The notes beneath the pieces were generated by a model. That model did no database searches. It had not been told where the DNA came from and worked only from the letters and a program-made list of their open reading frames with translations. 64,000 nucleotides of DNA, taken from assembly GCA_965200245.1 (NCBI GenBank), contig CBDATS010000002.1, positions 192,001 through 256,000 on the forward strand. The letters are read 5' to 3'. Below are positions 10,563-24,443 of the stretch, one piece after another (within the stretch, counting starts at the first letter, position 1; every line of letters starts with the position of its first letter). Position numbers and translations under genes: made by a program. Origin of the DNA: a bacterium. GTDB lineage: Bacteria > UBA8248.

Positions 10563-11753
10563 TTATGCGTTCGCTTTGCGTCGCTGCAGAGTTTCCAGCC
10601 AACCTTTCAGAGTGTCCACGACTTTCTGGTCGGCCAGAGCAGGAATCCGGTCCGAAGGGTCTGTAGCTTCTTCCGCTTCGTGACGCAACTGTGATACGGC
10701 CAATATTTCCTTTTTTTGCTCAAGTACCGAGATTTTTTCCAAAATCCAGGGGTCATCCCGCCCCAGAACCTGTGCTTTTCGACACACGTCCAGTGCCTGC
10801 GCGTCGTTTTCCTCTTGTACATATAGTTCAACCAATTCCCGGAGAAAAGAATCGACGAGTTCTTCGTTTACAGCAACCGGCTCTTCTGAACTGGGGCCGG
10901 ATTCCCGTTCCTCCTCATCGAGTTCCAACATTTCTGCCACAGGGCTTGAGTCACCCGCTGATTTTTCAAGCCCCGGCGGCGATGTTTCGGCATCAACTAT
11001 GTCCGGGTCGATCTCATCAGGCGTGACGACATCCGACTCTGCCTTATCGGGTACGTCTGCTTCGCCTTTAACTTCACCTGCGATTAAATCGAGATTTGCT
11101 TCCATCCCAGGGTATCCCGTGGGCACATCAACCTCCCCGCCCTGGGATATTTGCTCCTGGATAGCAGCCAATCTCTCATTCCATTCGACCTTTTCGTCTT
11201 GAGCGGGCCCAGATTCCAAAAGACGCACATAGATGTCCCGTGCCATTCCCAGATGGCCCTGAGCGAAATACAACTCAGCGAGAGCCGGTGTGGCCAAGGC
11301 ATCCGACTCATCTTCGGGAACAACAACGGAGGTATCATCAGCATAAGAATCGGTCACCACACTCCGGGGCGTTACTTCATCGGCTTGGAACATATCTGCC
11401 ACTCCCAGAACGGCTTGTGTGGCTTCCTCATCACCTTTTTGCCGGTAACACTGGGACAAGAGAAGCTGACCCGAAATGTTCCAGGGAACAATTTCCAGTG
11501 ATTTTGCAAGAAAACGCGACGCCTGTTCGTATTCACCTTTCGAGATCAGTATCTCTCCAAGCAAAACACCTGCGGCCGCGTAGTTGGGGTAGGTTGCAAG
11601 TCCGTTTTTCAGGAGATTTTCTGCATATTCTGCTTCGCCTTTCTCCCACAAAAGGGAGGCCAAAGGGAAAAAAGCAGCCGAAGCAGGATATTGTTGCAAC
11701 CGCTCCTCCAGAGCTTTAATTCGGTCTTCCGGATTATCCAAGCGAAGTATCAT
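10563..11753 (-). CDS. Tetratricopeptide repeat protein with acidic linkers
   Basis: N-terminal TPR helices, TPALAELYFAQG motif and long D/E-rich low-complexity segments. Confidence 0.75.
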   Translation of the reverse strand: MILRLDNPEDRIKALEERLQQYPASAAFFPLASLLWEKGEAEYAENLLKNGLATYPNYAAAGVLLGEILISKGEYEQASRFLAKSLEIVPWNISGQLLLSQCYRQKGDEEATQAVLGVADMFQADEVTPRSVVTDSYADDTSVVVPEDESDALATPALAELYFAQGHLGMARDIYVRLLESGPAQDEKVEWNERLAAIQEQISQGGEVDVPTGYPGMEANLDLIAGEVKGEADVPDKAESDVVTPDEIDPDIVDAETSPPGLEKSAGDSSPVAEMLELDEEERESGPSSEEPVAVNEELVDSFLRELVELYVQEENDAQALDVCRKAQVLGRDDPWILEKISVLEQKKEILAVSQLRHEAEEATDPSDRIPALADQKVVDTLKGWLETLQRRKANA

Positions 11754-11898
11754 CGATACCTAGTTCTCGGTGGGAAACAGGGACGCATACTCACCATAGG
11801 GTAAATGCTAGCAAAGAGCATTCTGTTCTGACAAGAGTCCGCACATGCTGCATCACCAAACTCTATTCTCAGAATGGGTTGTGGATTCTGCTCTATTG

Positions 11899-12327
11899 TT
11901 ACGAATCAATGACGGCCAGGGCATTTACTTCGATAAGACAACGTGGATCCGTAGCAAGCTGGACTACCTGAACAGTGGTAGTGGTCGGTTTATGGTCTCC
12001 GAAATACTCCCCCCATACCTGATTCAAGGAATCTTGTTCCGACAAGTCAGTTACGAACCGGTTGGCGGAGACGACATCGCCAAAATTGCCGCCCACCGTC
12101 TCGAGGCTTCTCTTCAGATTCTCCAGCATCGCCCGGGCCTGGCCCTCCATATCCAGTGGCATGTGCTCAAACTCTTCCGGCCGATGCGGATGGTGATGAT
12201 ATACGGGAGCCGCCGTCACTCCAGCGAGAAACACCAGGCTGCCTCCGGTGACCTTGATAGCCGGAGCATAGGGCATCCACATATCGGGGGCGTCCGGCCA
12301 ATGGAGGTGTTCTACTTTTTTGCTCAT
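11899..12327 (-). CDS. Rid (YjgF/YER057c/UK114) family protein
   Basis: PYAPAI, VFLAG, QARAMLENL, LIEVNALA. Confidence 0.85.
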   Translation of the reverse strand: MSKKVEHLHWPDAPDMWMPYAPAIKVTGGSLVFLAGVTAAPVYHHHPHRPEEFEHMPLDMEGQARAMLENLKRSLETVGGNFGDVVSANRFVTDLSEQDSLNQVWGEYFGDHKPTTTTVQVVQLATDPRCLIEVNALAVIDS

Positions 12328-12642
12328 TGAAAGCTCCTTCCTCTATAAAAAACCGGTCATATACCAATACTTTTGCCCGAAAATGCACTGTCGTACTTTC
12401 GAACGATTCAGGTGAGAGAATAGCGAAACGAATCCTTTCGTCAATCAAACTACGCCTGGAGACTACCATCACATCAACAACTGACAGGATGACACCCGCA
12501 AACCGTTACAAACTCCATGCCCCAGAAACCGTATCCACGCCACGACCGGAAAACGCAAATCCTGTGAAAGGATTTACCATGCACGGAATCTATTCGATAA
12601 TTACCACCTGTAGATTTTTATCCGCATGAGAAAGGAAAGCCC

Positions 12643-13407
12643 GTGACTACAAGAATACTGGCAGACAAGCGCGTTATCATCACAGGAGCATCAACAGGAA
12701 TCGGAGCCGCCATCGCTCGCGAATACGCCAGGGCAGGAGCTCAAATATGGGGCGCCGGTGGCAGCGATATGCAAGGCCTGCAAGAAACCATGAACGCATG
12801 TACAGGCTTTGGCGGAAACGCCGATGGAAAATGTTATGATTTATCGAATGCACGCTGTGCATCTCAACTGATCCATGACGGTGTCGAATTTCTGGGGGGA
12901 CTTGATATTCTGGTCTTCTGCGCAGGCACACGCGCCTTCAAACCGATTGTCGAAATCACGGATGATGAAATCGACCTCCTGTTCGAAGTGAATGCAAAAG
13001 CCGCCTACATTGCATCCCGCGAAGCGGCGAAAGTGATGATTCCTCAAAAAAGCGGTTCAATCCTGATGATTGGCTCATCCGCCGGCCACCGAGGCAGAGC
13101 CGACACGAGTCTCTATTCGGTGACCAAATCCGTACTTCATCATCTCACGAAATGTCTGGCCCTGGAATTGGGGCCGTTGGGAATGCGCGTGAACTGCCTG
13201 GCTCCGGGCCTAGTCGCAAGCCCGCGCGTAAAGGCGAGGCTTGATGCAAAACCTGAATATTTTGAGTCCAGACTTGAAGGCATACCGATTCACCAAATCG
13301 GTACAGTCGAGAATATGGCGGCCACTGCCCTGTTTATGGTCTCTCCAGAGAACGAATTCATGAATGGCTCGATTGTACTTTCAGATGGGGGCGTCACGGC
13401 AGGATAG
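12643..13407 (+). CDS. SDR family oxidoreductase
   Basis: TGASTGIG, YSVTK, VNCLAPG, DGG. Confidence 0.9.
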   Translation: MTTRILADKRVIITGASTGIGAAIAREYARAGAQIWGAGGSDMQGLQETMNACTGFGGNADGKCYDLSNARCASQLIHDGVEFLGGLDILVFCAGTRAFKPIVEITDDEIDLLFEVNAKAAYIASREAAKVMIPQKSGSILMIGSSAGHRGRADTSLYSVTKSVLHHLTKCLALELGPLGMRVNCLAPGLVASPRVKARLDAKPEYFESRLEGIPIHQIGTVENMAATALFMVSPENEFMNGSIVLSDGGVTAG

Positions 13408-13412
13408 CAACC

Positions 13413-14768
13413 ATGCACGATGTGATGAAAATACCTGCAAGGAAGAAGATTGCATATCTGTTGGCTCTCGTCTGCACCCTCACCCTGTATCCGTATGGAA
13501 ACAGCACTGAAGGAGGAACAACCCTAGACACGCATCAGACATACACGGCACCGGTGTCAAGCAAAACGAAGTGGTTATTGACAGCTCCCGCCGAAAAAGG
13601 CTCTTCCAGGACACACACTACCCTCCTGGCCTTTACCACGGATGGCGATTTTCATCCCATTACCTTCCCCCAAAAGGGTGGTGTCTTTCGTGTACGCGTA
13701 AAGGACCATCCCACACCCTCCGACCTAGCCGCCGATGTCCCTCCCACGAAGTTGCCCGACGGGAGTTTTGTCGGCGTAGGGAAAAGCGGAATGTTTATCA
13801 ATGTCGACACCATAGAAAAACGTTGGTTGTTCGTCTGGCCCAGCATTCGTCCTTCCATCCTATCAAAACCCGCCGTGCTGGGCCGGGACGTTGTGGCAAT
13901 GGTCGGCGTCGATGGCTCCATCCTTTTGTTTCAAAAACAAGGGGACAAATGGCTCCAGACCCAACTCATCAAAGCGCAAGTCGCGAGAGCATTGCCCGAC
14001 GCCGTCTTGACGACAGCCGATCTTGACGGAGACGGGAGCAAGGAACTCATCGTGCCTGTTACATCATCAAAGCGGTACAGGCACTCCGTGTCAGGCGGCA
14101 ACACCGAGCCCACAGAAATTCACGCCTATCGATTTCACCAGAAGTCTCTCGAACTGATGGCCACTTACACGGCAAGCAAGAACAGTGTTTTCAAAGCTAT
14201 CGGTGCCCTCGCCTCAGACTTGGACAGGGATGGGAAACAGGAAATTCTCGTCACCAAAAGGGACCCCGAAAATGGATCAACCCACCTCGTTTTGGGAATG
14301 AGAAACAAAAAACTGGTACTCAAGGCTCGAAGCAAAACTATCGGAACAGGAAATCGCTGGTCACACATTTTAGGCGCATTCAACATCGACGGTGGCGATT
14401 CGAAAATCCTCGCAGTAGAAACACCACATCTGGCTGGTTCTCTACTGGCACTGAGACTCAGCGACAAAAGACTCCGCGAGCGGGCGCGTATGGGAGGTGT
14501 CACTACACATTCGGTTGATTCCCGAAACCCATGGAAATTCGCATTGCTGAGACGACGCGGCCTAGTGGAAATCGTGATCCAGGAAATCGGCCATCGGCAT
14601 TTGAACGGATTCGCGCTTTTCGGAAATCGCTGGCATTCCCGGTGGTCGCAACCGATTCCCTCACCCGTTAGATCCAATATACTCACAGCGGATTTCAATC
14701 AAGACGAGAAAGACGACATCGCTTTCGCCGATCAATCGGGACTGGTGCATATCTATTTATCAAGATAA
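13413..14768 (+). CDS. Exported FG-GAP/VCBS-repeat protein
   Basis: Signal-like N-terminus and repeated Ca-binding motifs DLDGDGSKEL, DLDRDGKQEI, NIDGGDSKI, DFNQDEKDDI. Confidence 0.75.
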   Translation: MHDVMKIPARKKIAYLLALVCTLTLYPYGNSTEGGTTLDTHQTYTAPVSSKTKWLLTAPAEKGSSRTHTTLLAFTTDGDFHPITFPQKGGVFRVRVKDHPTPSDLAADVPPTKLPDGSFVGVGKSGMFINVDTIEKRWLFVWPSIRPSILSKPAVLGRDVVAMVGVDGSILLFQKQGDKWLQTQLIKAQVARALPDAVLTTADLDGDGSKELIVPVTSSKRYRHSVSGGNTEPTEIHAYRFHQKSLELMATYTASKNSVFKAIGALASDLDRDGKQEILVTKRDPENGSTHLVLGMRNKKLVLKARSKTIGTGNRWSHILGAFNIDGGDSKILAVETPHLAGSLLALRLSDKRLRERARMGGVTTHSVDSRNPWKFALLRRRGLVEIVIQEIGHRHLNGFALFGNRWHSRWSQPIPSPVRSNILTADFNQDEKDDIAFADQSGLVHIYLSR

Positions 14769-14825
14769 TCCTGACTGATGAAACATTTCTCAACAATCGG
14801 TGTTTCCGGGAATGACGGAGTTACG

Positions 14826-16148
<1,323 letters not shown>

Positions 16149-16311
16149 TCATGACCGGCCACACAAGGTCGCCTAGGGTAGCCCATCTACGAGAATGGAG
16201 AAAAGGCTGGAAAGAACTTTTATTTCCCGATTCAATTTGCATTTTCAAAACATCGAATGATATCGCAGTCGAAACACTTTCTTTGTTTCCGAAAAACACG
16301 AGGAGCACCGA

Positions 16312-17526
16312 ATGATGCCTTTGACAGGTATACGCGTACTGGACTTGAGCCGTCTGCTTCCTGGCGGACAATGCACCTTGATGCTTGCCGATATGGGTGC
16401 GAACGTCGTCAAAATCGAAGAACCACTGCGTGGAGATTACATTCGCCTCGCATCTCCTTTTGATCAGCATGGCGTTTCTCCCCTTCACCTATGCTACAAC
16501 CGCAACAAACGCTCCCTGGTTCTGGATCTCAAAAACGAATGTGGTGTATCCACACTACTCAGGTTGGTGAAAGATACGGACGTGCTTGTCGACAGCTTCA
16601 GGCCCGGAGTGATGGAACGCCTCGGCATCGGTTACCAAAGACTCAAAGAAGAGAACCCCGCCCTTGTCCATTGCGCCATCACCGGATACGGACAGGAAGG
16701 ACCTCTGGCTCGAACGCCAGGGCATGACCTGAACTTCCAGGCCCTGGGTGGCGTCGTTGAACTCACAGGCACCGCTGGAGGGCCTCCCTATGTTCCGGGG
16801 GTACTCATCGGTGATGTGGGCGCAGGCATGTGGGCGGCTTTCGCCATACTCGCAGCCCTCCGCCTTGCAGAGCGTACGGGTGTTGGCCAATTCATCGACA
16901 TGTCGATGCTCGACGCGGTGATGGGCTTCCTATCCATTCATGGGCAGACATATCTATCGACGAAACAGAGCCCAGGGCGTGAAGAGATGCGGCACAATGG
17001 CCGAAGGCCATGTTATCGCCTCTATCCAACCAAAGACGGCAGAATGATTTCCGTCGCGTGCTCGGAACCGAAATTCTGGGTGAATCTATGCAAGCTTATC
17101 GGGCATGACGATTTTCATGAAGATTATGGCGCCAGAGGCGAGCGCCGTACAGAAGTAATCCAGGCGCTCAACAAGACTTTTCAGACGAAAACACTCGAAG
17201 AGTGGATCACGTTTTTTGAAGGCGCGGATGTATGCGTGAGCCCAGCACTGAACGTGCGGGAAAGTTTCGAGCACACACATGTGAAATCAAGTGGGCTCGT
17301 GAGGCAATACCAACACCCTGTCGATGGAACTTATCCCGGCACACGACCGGCGCCGAAGTTTTCAAACCTCTCCATAAGGGACTCCCTCCCTCCACCTCGA
17401 TTGGGGGAACATTCCGTTGAAATACTCAGGGAATACGGCTTTCAGGATGAGGAAATCGAGAATTTGATGGCTTCAGGCGCTTCCCACAGGGGTGCTGACC
17501 CAGCAGGTGAAACCATCAGCGAGTAA
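16312..17526 (+). CDS. CaiB/BaiF family III CoA-transferase
   Basis: VLDLSRLLPG, LADMGANVVKIE, NRNKRS, FRPGVMERLG, ITGYGQ, GHD, PRLGEH. Confidence 0.93.
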   Translation: MMPLTGIRVLDLSRLLPGGQCTLMLADMGANVVKIEEPLRGDYIRLASPFDQHGVSPLHLCYNRNKRSLVLDLKNECGVSTLLRLVKDTDVLVDSFRPGVMERLGIGYQRLKEENPALVHCAITGYGQEGPLARTPGHDLNFQALGGVVELTGTAGGPPYVPGVLIGDVGAGMWAAFAILAALRLAERTGVGQFIDMSMLDAVMGFLSIHGQTYLSTKQSPGREEMRHNGRRPCYRLYPTKDGRMISVACSEPKFWVNLCKLIGHDDFHEDYGARGERRTEVIQALNKTFQTKTLEEWITFFEGADVCVSPALNVRESFEHTHVKSSGLVRQYQHPVDGTYPGTRPAPKFSNLSIRDSLPPPRLGEHSVEILREYGFQDEEIENLMASGASHRGADPAGETISE

Positions 17527-17579
17527 AGCTACCCGGTAAAATTCACCAACGAAAGAACCGGGGGTTCCTTTCAGGAGAA

Positions 17580-18044
17580 TTATCCGCTACTGGTACGATC
17601 TTCCAGTTTTTCCAGCTCGGCTTCGAAGTCTTTCAGGGTCTTGAATGAACGATAGACCGATGCGAATCGCACATAGGCCACCTCATCCACATCCCGCAAC
17701 TCTTCCATCAGTCTTTCGCCTATCGCTTCCGTCAATACCTCCTTCTCGCCACTATCAAGAATATATCGCTCGACCCGGTCGACGATTGCCTCTTGATCCT
17801 CGGCAGAGACAGGCCTTTTTTCCAGCGCCTTCTTGATGCCTATGCTAATCTTCTCGCGGAGATAATTTACGCGTGTGCCATCTTTTTTCACGACGAGCGG
17901 CCAGGAGACTTCCGCCCTCTCATAGGTCGTGAAACGATGAGCGCATCTCTCGCACTCCCGCCTTCTGCGAATCGAATTCCCTCCCTTGGTCGTCCGGCTG
18001 TCGACCACCTTGCTCTCTGAGTGACTACAAATCGGACATTTCAT
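17580..18044 (-). CDS. nrdR: Transcriptional repressor NrdR
   Basis: [21 protein letters not shown]-cone, [10 protein letters not shown]. Confidence 0.98.
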   Translation of the reverse strand: MKCPICSHSESKVVDSRTTKGGNSIRRRRECERCAHRFTTYERAEVSWPLVVKKDGTRVNYLREKISIGIKKALEKRPVSAEDQEAIVDRVERYILDSGEKEVLTEAIGERLMEELRDVDEVAYVRFASVYRSFKTLKDFEAELEKLEDRTSSG

Positions 18045-18071
18045 AAGAATCCAGTCCGGGCAGTAGAATCA

Positions 18072-18530
18072 TCAGGACATCAACTGGAACGCATCTTCAA
18101 TATCAACAATCTTGTCCAAACGACGGGCGTGTCGCCCACCTTCAAATTCTGTCTCAAACCAGATGGAAACAATTTCCTTCGCTGACTCCAGGCTCACCAC
18201 CCGGCCACCCAGAGCCAAAATATTGGCATCATTGTGCAGGCGGCTCATCCGAGCTGTCCATTCGTTGTGACAGGCAACGGCGCGTACACCCGGAAATTTA
18301 TTCGCCACAATGACCATGCCCGCAGCCGATCCACAACAGAAAATTCCCCTCTCGCTGCTGCCTTCGCTTACGGAACGGGCAGCCGGTCCGGCAAAGTCGG
18401 GGTAATCACAAGACTCACCTGAATTCGTACCGAAATCCTGATATGAAATACCCCTGTCCTCAAGCAGCTTTTTGACAGTCTCCTTGAGTTCAAATCCACC
18501 ATGATCAGATGCAAGAGCAATTTGATTCAT
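18072..18530 (-). CDS. rpiB: Ribose-5-phosphate isomerase B
   Basis: ASDHGG, DYPD, CCGS, HNDANIL, FEGGRHARR. Confidence 0.96.
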   Translation of the reverse strand: MNQIALASDHGGFELKETVKKLLEDRGISYQDFGTNSGESCDYPDFAGPAARSVSEGSSERGIFCCGSAAGMVIVANKFPGVRAVACHNEWTARMSRLHNDANILALGGRVVSLESAKEIVSIWFETEFEGGRHARRLDKIVDIEDAFQLMS

Positions 18531-18735
18531 CGGGACTCTCCGGGCGATATCTGATACCTGCTGGCGGGAAACAACTATCAAAACTAGGGTTTAGCAAACC
18601 ATAAGTCAAGTGCTCGCTCGCCACCCTGCTATTCCGGTATCTTCGGGTTACGGCTGGAAGATACCCCGCAAAACAACCATTACAAACGATGCCAACGATT
18701 TTTTTCCGGCGCAAATCCCTTGTGTTCAAAAGCTA

Positions 18736-20010
18736 TCAGAATGGCTTCAATTCTGTTCCAGCAATTGATTTGCCCAAAAGAATCCTGGATGCTTCCTGCG
18801 ACGTTTTCTTGAATTCATTTTCGGCGGTCAGCCTCTCTCCCTTCTCCTGCAAGCAGCGCGCCTCGATCAAATGCAAAACCAGCCGCAGCCAGGGCTCCTC
18901 GTAATTTTCCTCAGAGGCGGCCATGGCGGACACTTGCTCCAGACTTTTTTCTGCTTTCTCGATTTGACCTGCTTCGAGCATCAACGCTGCATGCAGTACA
19001 TGATGATGGATATCTTTCTCTCGGCGCCTGCCCGCAGATTGAATGTTGGAAGCAGCTTTTTTTATCACGCTTTTTGACTCCAACGGGCCGACTGCCAGCG
19101 CAAGTCTCTGCAGGAACTCCAAACCACCGAAAGTCTGATAGCCATTTTCCCATGTACGCTGCGCGCGACGATCACGGCCTGCCGCTAACTGGGCATCGCC
19201 CAACAGGAGGTATGATTTCTTTTCATTGGCCAGATGACGTAGAGATTGTTCCAGAAAAGGAATGGCCGCTTCTGGCTCGGAATGGTTTAACTTCGCCTCG
19301 CCTGCCGCCAGATAAACGCGGCCGGCGACCTGGTTATCCGCTCGCCGATCAAGATCAGATACACTTGATTGTGAGAGTTTTTCACAAACCTCAACGGCGG
19401 CCTCAAAACGATCATTTTCAAAGTACATATCCCTGAGTTTTCGCAATACCATGGGGTTCGCACCTTTCCCCCTGCTGTTTTGTGCCAGCAACTCGAGAGC
19501 TTCTTTTGCATGTCCGGAATGACCGAGCGTCTCCGACAACCGGATGACGGAATCAGGGGAGTTGTTCGTAACAGCACGAAGGCGCTCGTTCCATCGAATG
19601 GCGTCATTCGTATTGCCGGAATCTGTCGCTAGATCCGCGGCAAGTCTCAAGGCAGGAATATAGGAGGGATTATCCTTGAGAGCGCGTCTGAGTTCTCTTC
19701 TGGCGCGTCGTCTCTTGCCCTGCACTCCAAGACTTTGCGCCCTGGCGAAACGCTCTTGTGCGCGATCCAGCCGTTTCTGTTTCCTGGCCACCTTCTTGCG
19801 TGAAAACCACCCAAGGGCGGCTTCGCCCCACCCCAGGACGGAAGCCAACAACGAACCTGCGAGAGCGGCACCGATTACCACCAGCGCCAAGGGAACCCGT
19901 ATAGACCAGGCATCAGAAAGATGCAGGTCTATGACTTCTCGATTGTAGTGAAGAAAATAAACGGCGGACGCAACCGGAATCAGCAGGATCAGGAGAGTCC
20001 GAATTCTCAT
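18736..20010 (-). CDS. LapA-domain membrane protein with TPR repeats (LapA/LapB-like)
   Basis: Two N-terminal TM segments with the LapA-like pattern (N...I.L.L...W...PLA), followed by TPR helices. Confidence 0.65.
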   Translation of the reverse strand: MRIRTLLILLIPVASAVYFLHYNREVIDLHLSDAWSIRVPLALVVIGAALAGSLLASVLGWGEAALGWFSRKKVARKQKRLDRAQERFARAQSLGVQGKRRRARRELRRALKDNPSYIPALRLAADLATDSGNTNDAIRWNERLRAVTNNSPDSVIRLSETLGHSGHAKEALELLAQNSRGKGANPMVLRKLRDMYFENDRFEAAVEVCEKLSQSSVSDLDRRADNQVAGRVYLAAGEAKLNHSEPEAAIPFLEQSLRHLANEKKSYLLLGDAQLAAGRDRRAQRTWENGYQTFGGLEFLQRLALAVGPLESKSVIKKAASNIQSAGRRREKDIHHHVLHAALMLEAGQIEKAEKSLEQVSAMAASEENYEEPWLRLVLHLIEARCLQEKGERLTAENEFKKTSQEASRILLGKSIAGTELKPF

Positions 20011-20031
20011 TCGTGACTCAACGCCGGGAAT

Positions 20032-20409
20032 TTAACTTCCGCCGCGCCTTTCAATTGCGTTTTGAGCAGCCACTGTATATCGCGCATAAGGGATCGCTTC
20101 CAGGCGGGAATAGGGGATCGGCTCATCCGACTCTTCACAAATACCATAAAGCCCATCTTCGATCCTCTGAAATGCCGCCTCCACTTCCCGCAAACGCTCC
20201 CGTTCCCTTGCTCCCAAGTCCATCAAAACCTGACGGGAACAAGTGTCAGCGGCCATGTCTGCAATATCCTGAATTCCATCGTCACCTATTTCTTTGGTGT
20301 GTATCCTGCTTTTCTCTACATCACCCAGGATTTCCCGGCGCACCTGATTCAATCTCTCTTCCAATTCTTTCAACTGTTTTTTTGTCAAATGTTTCACTTT
20401 GAACCTCAA
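20032..20409 (-). CDS. TraR/DksA family transcriptional regulator
   Basis: Coiled coil with DIADMA (DxxDxA) and YGICEES...RLEAIPYARY (only one Cys of the C4 finger kept). Confidence 0.9.
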   Translation of the reverse strand: MRFKVKHLTKKQLKELEERLNQVRREILGDVEKSRIHTKEIGDDGIQDIADMAADTCSRQVLMDLGARERERLREVEAAFQRIEDGLYGICEESDEPIPYSRLEAIPYARYTVAAQNAIERRGGS

Positions 20410-20424
20410 TGCTCATTCTTATGC

Positions 20425-20829
20425 CTAGGCACTAGGCGTCATTGGCTTGATAGCGGGTGCATGTGACCATAAATTTTCCAATCGATAGTAATCCCTGCTC
20501 TTTTCGTTGAATATATGGACAAGAACATCACCACAATCAATCAAAACCCAATTGCCCTCTTCCAACCCTTCAGTCAACAATACAGTATCACCAATTCTCT
20601 TGATTTCTTCTTTCGCCGCCTCACACAGTGCTTTCACATGGCGGACACCCGTTCCGTGACAAATCAGAAATGCATCCACCTCTGCCGACAGAGGCCGAAG
20701 ATCCAAAAGCACAAGATCCATCGCTTTCTTCGTCTCCAATGACTCTTGGAGAGCGTGGAGCCGATCCTCTAGTTTCTTAATGGGTCTGCATCCTCCTTGA
20801 TCTTCAGCAAGCAACTCCCGAACACCCAT
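20425..20829 (-). CDS. rsfS: Ribosome silencing factor RsfS
   Basis: KKAMDL, RHVKA, WVLIDCGDVLVHIF, RDYYRLENLW. Confidence 0.95.
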   Translation of the reverse strand: MGVRELLAEDQGGCRPIKKLEDRLHALQESLETKKAMDLVLLDLRPLSAEVDAFLICHGTGVRHVKALCEAAKEEIKRIGDTVLLTEGLEEGNWVLIDCGDVLVHIFNEKSRDYYRLENLWSHAPAIKPMTPSA

Positions 20830-21502
20830 ATAATCGGCGGCGAATTATAAAGAGTTCGACCTCGCGAGGCAATAAATCCTCAATGGAGGAAGATTCATTT
20901 ATACACTTCCTGATCCGGGTGGCCGAAATGTCAATTTCAGGGATCGGAACAAATCTGATGACCCGCTCACTATCTGCAAATTTGATTTCCTGCAAGGACT
21001 TATCGAAACTGCAATCCGGCCGGATTTCCCGAATCACTCGAAGAAGCGCTTCGAGATACTCCGATTCATTCTGATTTCCTCTCAGGGTTACAGCAAAATT
21101 GGCGGTGTTCAAGACCTCTTTTGGCCTGTGCCATGTACCTAACTCAAGAAAGGCATCCGCACCGATGATGAAAAACATTACGTCTTCATCCGATATCGTT
21201 CTCGCCAGTTCCTCCAATGTATCAAGAGTATAGGATGTCCCTCCCCGCTCTATCTCCATTGAATCACATACATACGCGGGGTTAGTCGCCAGGGCAATAC
21301 GAACCATTTCCAGCCTGTCGGAGGCATGGGCGACTTCGGCCTGTGGCTTATGGGGTGGCAAAGCAGACGGTACAAACCTGATTTCATCAAGCATGAGGGC
21401 ATTACGCACCTCTTCGGCGGATTGGAGGTGCCCATAGTGAATCGGGTTGAATGTCCCGCCCAGAATCCCGATGCGCAATCGTTCTCCTTGGTTCCCTGTC
21501 AT
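20804..21502 (-). CDS. nadD: Nicotinate-nucleotide adenylyltransferase
   Basis: GGTFNPIHYGH, PPHK, SYTLDT, IIGAD, ISATRIR. Confidence 0.97.
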   Translation of the reverse strand: MTGNQGERLRIGILGGTFNPIHYGHLQSAEEVRNALMLDEIRFVPSALPPHKPQAEVAHASDRLEMVRIALATNPAYVCDSMEIERGGTSYTLDTLEELARTISDEDVMFFIIGADAFLELGTWHRPKEVLNTANFAVTLRGNQNESEYLEALLRVIREIRPDCSFDKSLQEIKFADSERVIRFVPIPEIDISATRIRKCINESSSIEDLLPREVELFIIRRRLYGCSGVAC

Positions 21503-22646
21503 TCCTCAATCAGAACAAAGTTGTTCCGGTGAATGATCTCATCGTAATCCTTGCTGCCGAGGATAGAAGTGATCTCCCCGGTTTGCCTCCCCGCGATTCG
21601 GGCAACATCATCACTCGAATAATTCGCCAGTCCACGACCAAAAACCACTCCATCCGTATCCTGTATCTCCACCACATCACCAAAGCGAAAATTTCCCCCA
21701 ACAGACACGACCCCGCTGGGCAAGAGACTTTTTCCCCTTTTGAGCATGGCGTTTACGGCACCGCCATCGAGCCTGAGCCAGCCGCGGGGTTTGGCCGTGG
21801 TTCCTATCCAGCCTTTTTTTCCCTTCAGGCGCGTACCATTCGGAACAAAAAGCGTCCCTAGTGGTTCCCCCATCACTGCCCGCTCGATGACGTTGGGATT
21901 TCTCCCTTTCACGATCAGGGTGCTGATACCTATTTTATTGAGCGTATTGACGGCCTGAATTTTCGTACGCATGCCTCCGTGAGCGAGTGGATTCGGACTG
22001 GTCCCCGCAAGAGAGGCGATTTCCTTGGTCAAACCCTCGACTCGGGGAATCAATCGCGCCGTCTCTGATTTCCTGGGATCCTCATCATAGAAACCCGCCA
22101 CGTCTGACAGGATGATGACGAGACCTGCCTGAATCATCTGGGCCGTCTGTGCAGCCAATGTGTCATTATCTCCAAAACGAATTTCCTCGATGGAAACCGT
22201 ATCGTTCTCGTTCACGATTGGAACTACCCCTTTGCCAAGCAATGCCTCAAAAGTATTGCAAGCGTTCAGGAACCGGCTTCTCTCATCCAAATCAGAATGG
22301 ATGAGCAAAACCTGTGCCGTCTCAATGCCTTTTTGCCTAAACGCACGGCCATATGCTTCCATCAGGATGGGCTGGCCAACGGCAGCGGCGGCTTGACGCT
22401 CGGGAACAGCTTTTGGAATTTCCTTCAGGCCCAGTCTTTTCACTCCTGCAGCAATTGCTCCAGACGAAACCATAACGACTTGCCTGCCCTCTTCCCTGAG
22501 ACTTGCGACCTGGGAGGCGATTCGACCCAATACTCTTCGGTTTACGCCCAATTCATCGGAAGCCGTCAAAACCGAACTACCCACTTTGACAACGATGCGT
22601 CTGCTCTTGAGCGCAGGTTCATCTCTTCTGGTCATGGTCTTGCTCA

Positions 22647-22647
<1 letters not shown>
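21499..22647 (-). CDS. proB: Glutamate 5-kinase
   Basis: VVKVGSS, VSSGAIAAG, NENDTV, FGDND, GGMRTK and a C-terminal PUA domain. Confidence 0.97.
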
Positions 22648-23973
<1,326 letters not shown>

Positions 23974-23985
23974 TTTCCAATCCTT

Positions 23986-24303
23986 TTATTCTGATGCGCG
24001 GATTTCTGTCACTTCAATTTGCGTATAAGACTGCCTGTGTCCTCGTTTGACCCGAACTTTCTTGCGGCGTTTGAAGCGAAACGCAATGACTTTTTTCCCG
24101 CGCCCGTGATCACGAATCACCGCCTTCACCTTGGACCTGGCCAACGCCTCCTTGTCCGCAAACACCTCTTCCCCGTCCACGATGAGCCGGACATCGTCAA
24201 ACTCTACACTCTCACCGACATCACCGGGCAAACGTTCAACCAGGATTTGATCTCCAGTTTCAATACGCATCTGCTTGCCACCGGTTTCCACTACGGCATA
24301 CAT
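23986..24303 (-). CDS. rplU: 50S ribosomal protein L21
   Basis: MYAVVETGGKQ...GHRQ. Confidence 0.99.
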   Translation of the reverse strand: MYAVVETGGKQMRIETGDQILVERLPGDVGESVEFDDVRLIVDGEEVFADKEALARSKVKAVIRDHGRGKKVIAFRFKRRKKVRVKRGHRQSYTQIEVTEIRASE

Positions 24304-24443
24304 GCCAAAATCTCCTTACTGCCCTGAACATGCTTTAATCTTGAAAATCAAACACCTCCCCAGTTACAACGATAACGGGGAGGATATCTATCAACCCGGC
24401 ACTCGAAAGTCAATTCCGGGCACCAACAAACCGACTATCTCCC

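Noticed and set aside
17551-17572. Imperfect hairpin between the convergent CoA-transferase and nrdR genes
   Set aside because: The stem is bulged and weak; it is a plausible terminator but not well enough supported to list.
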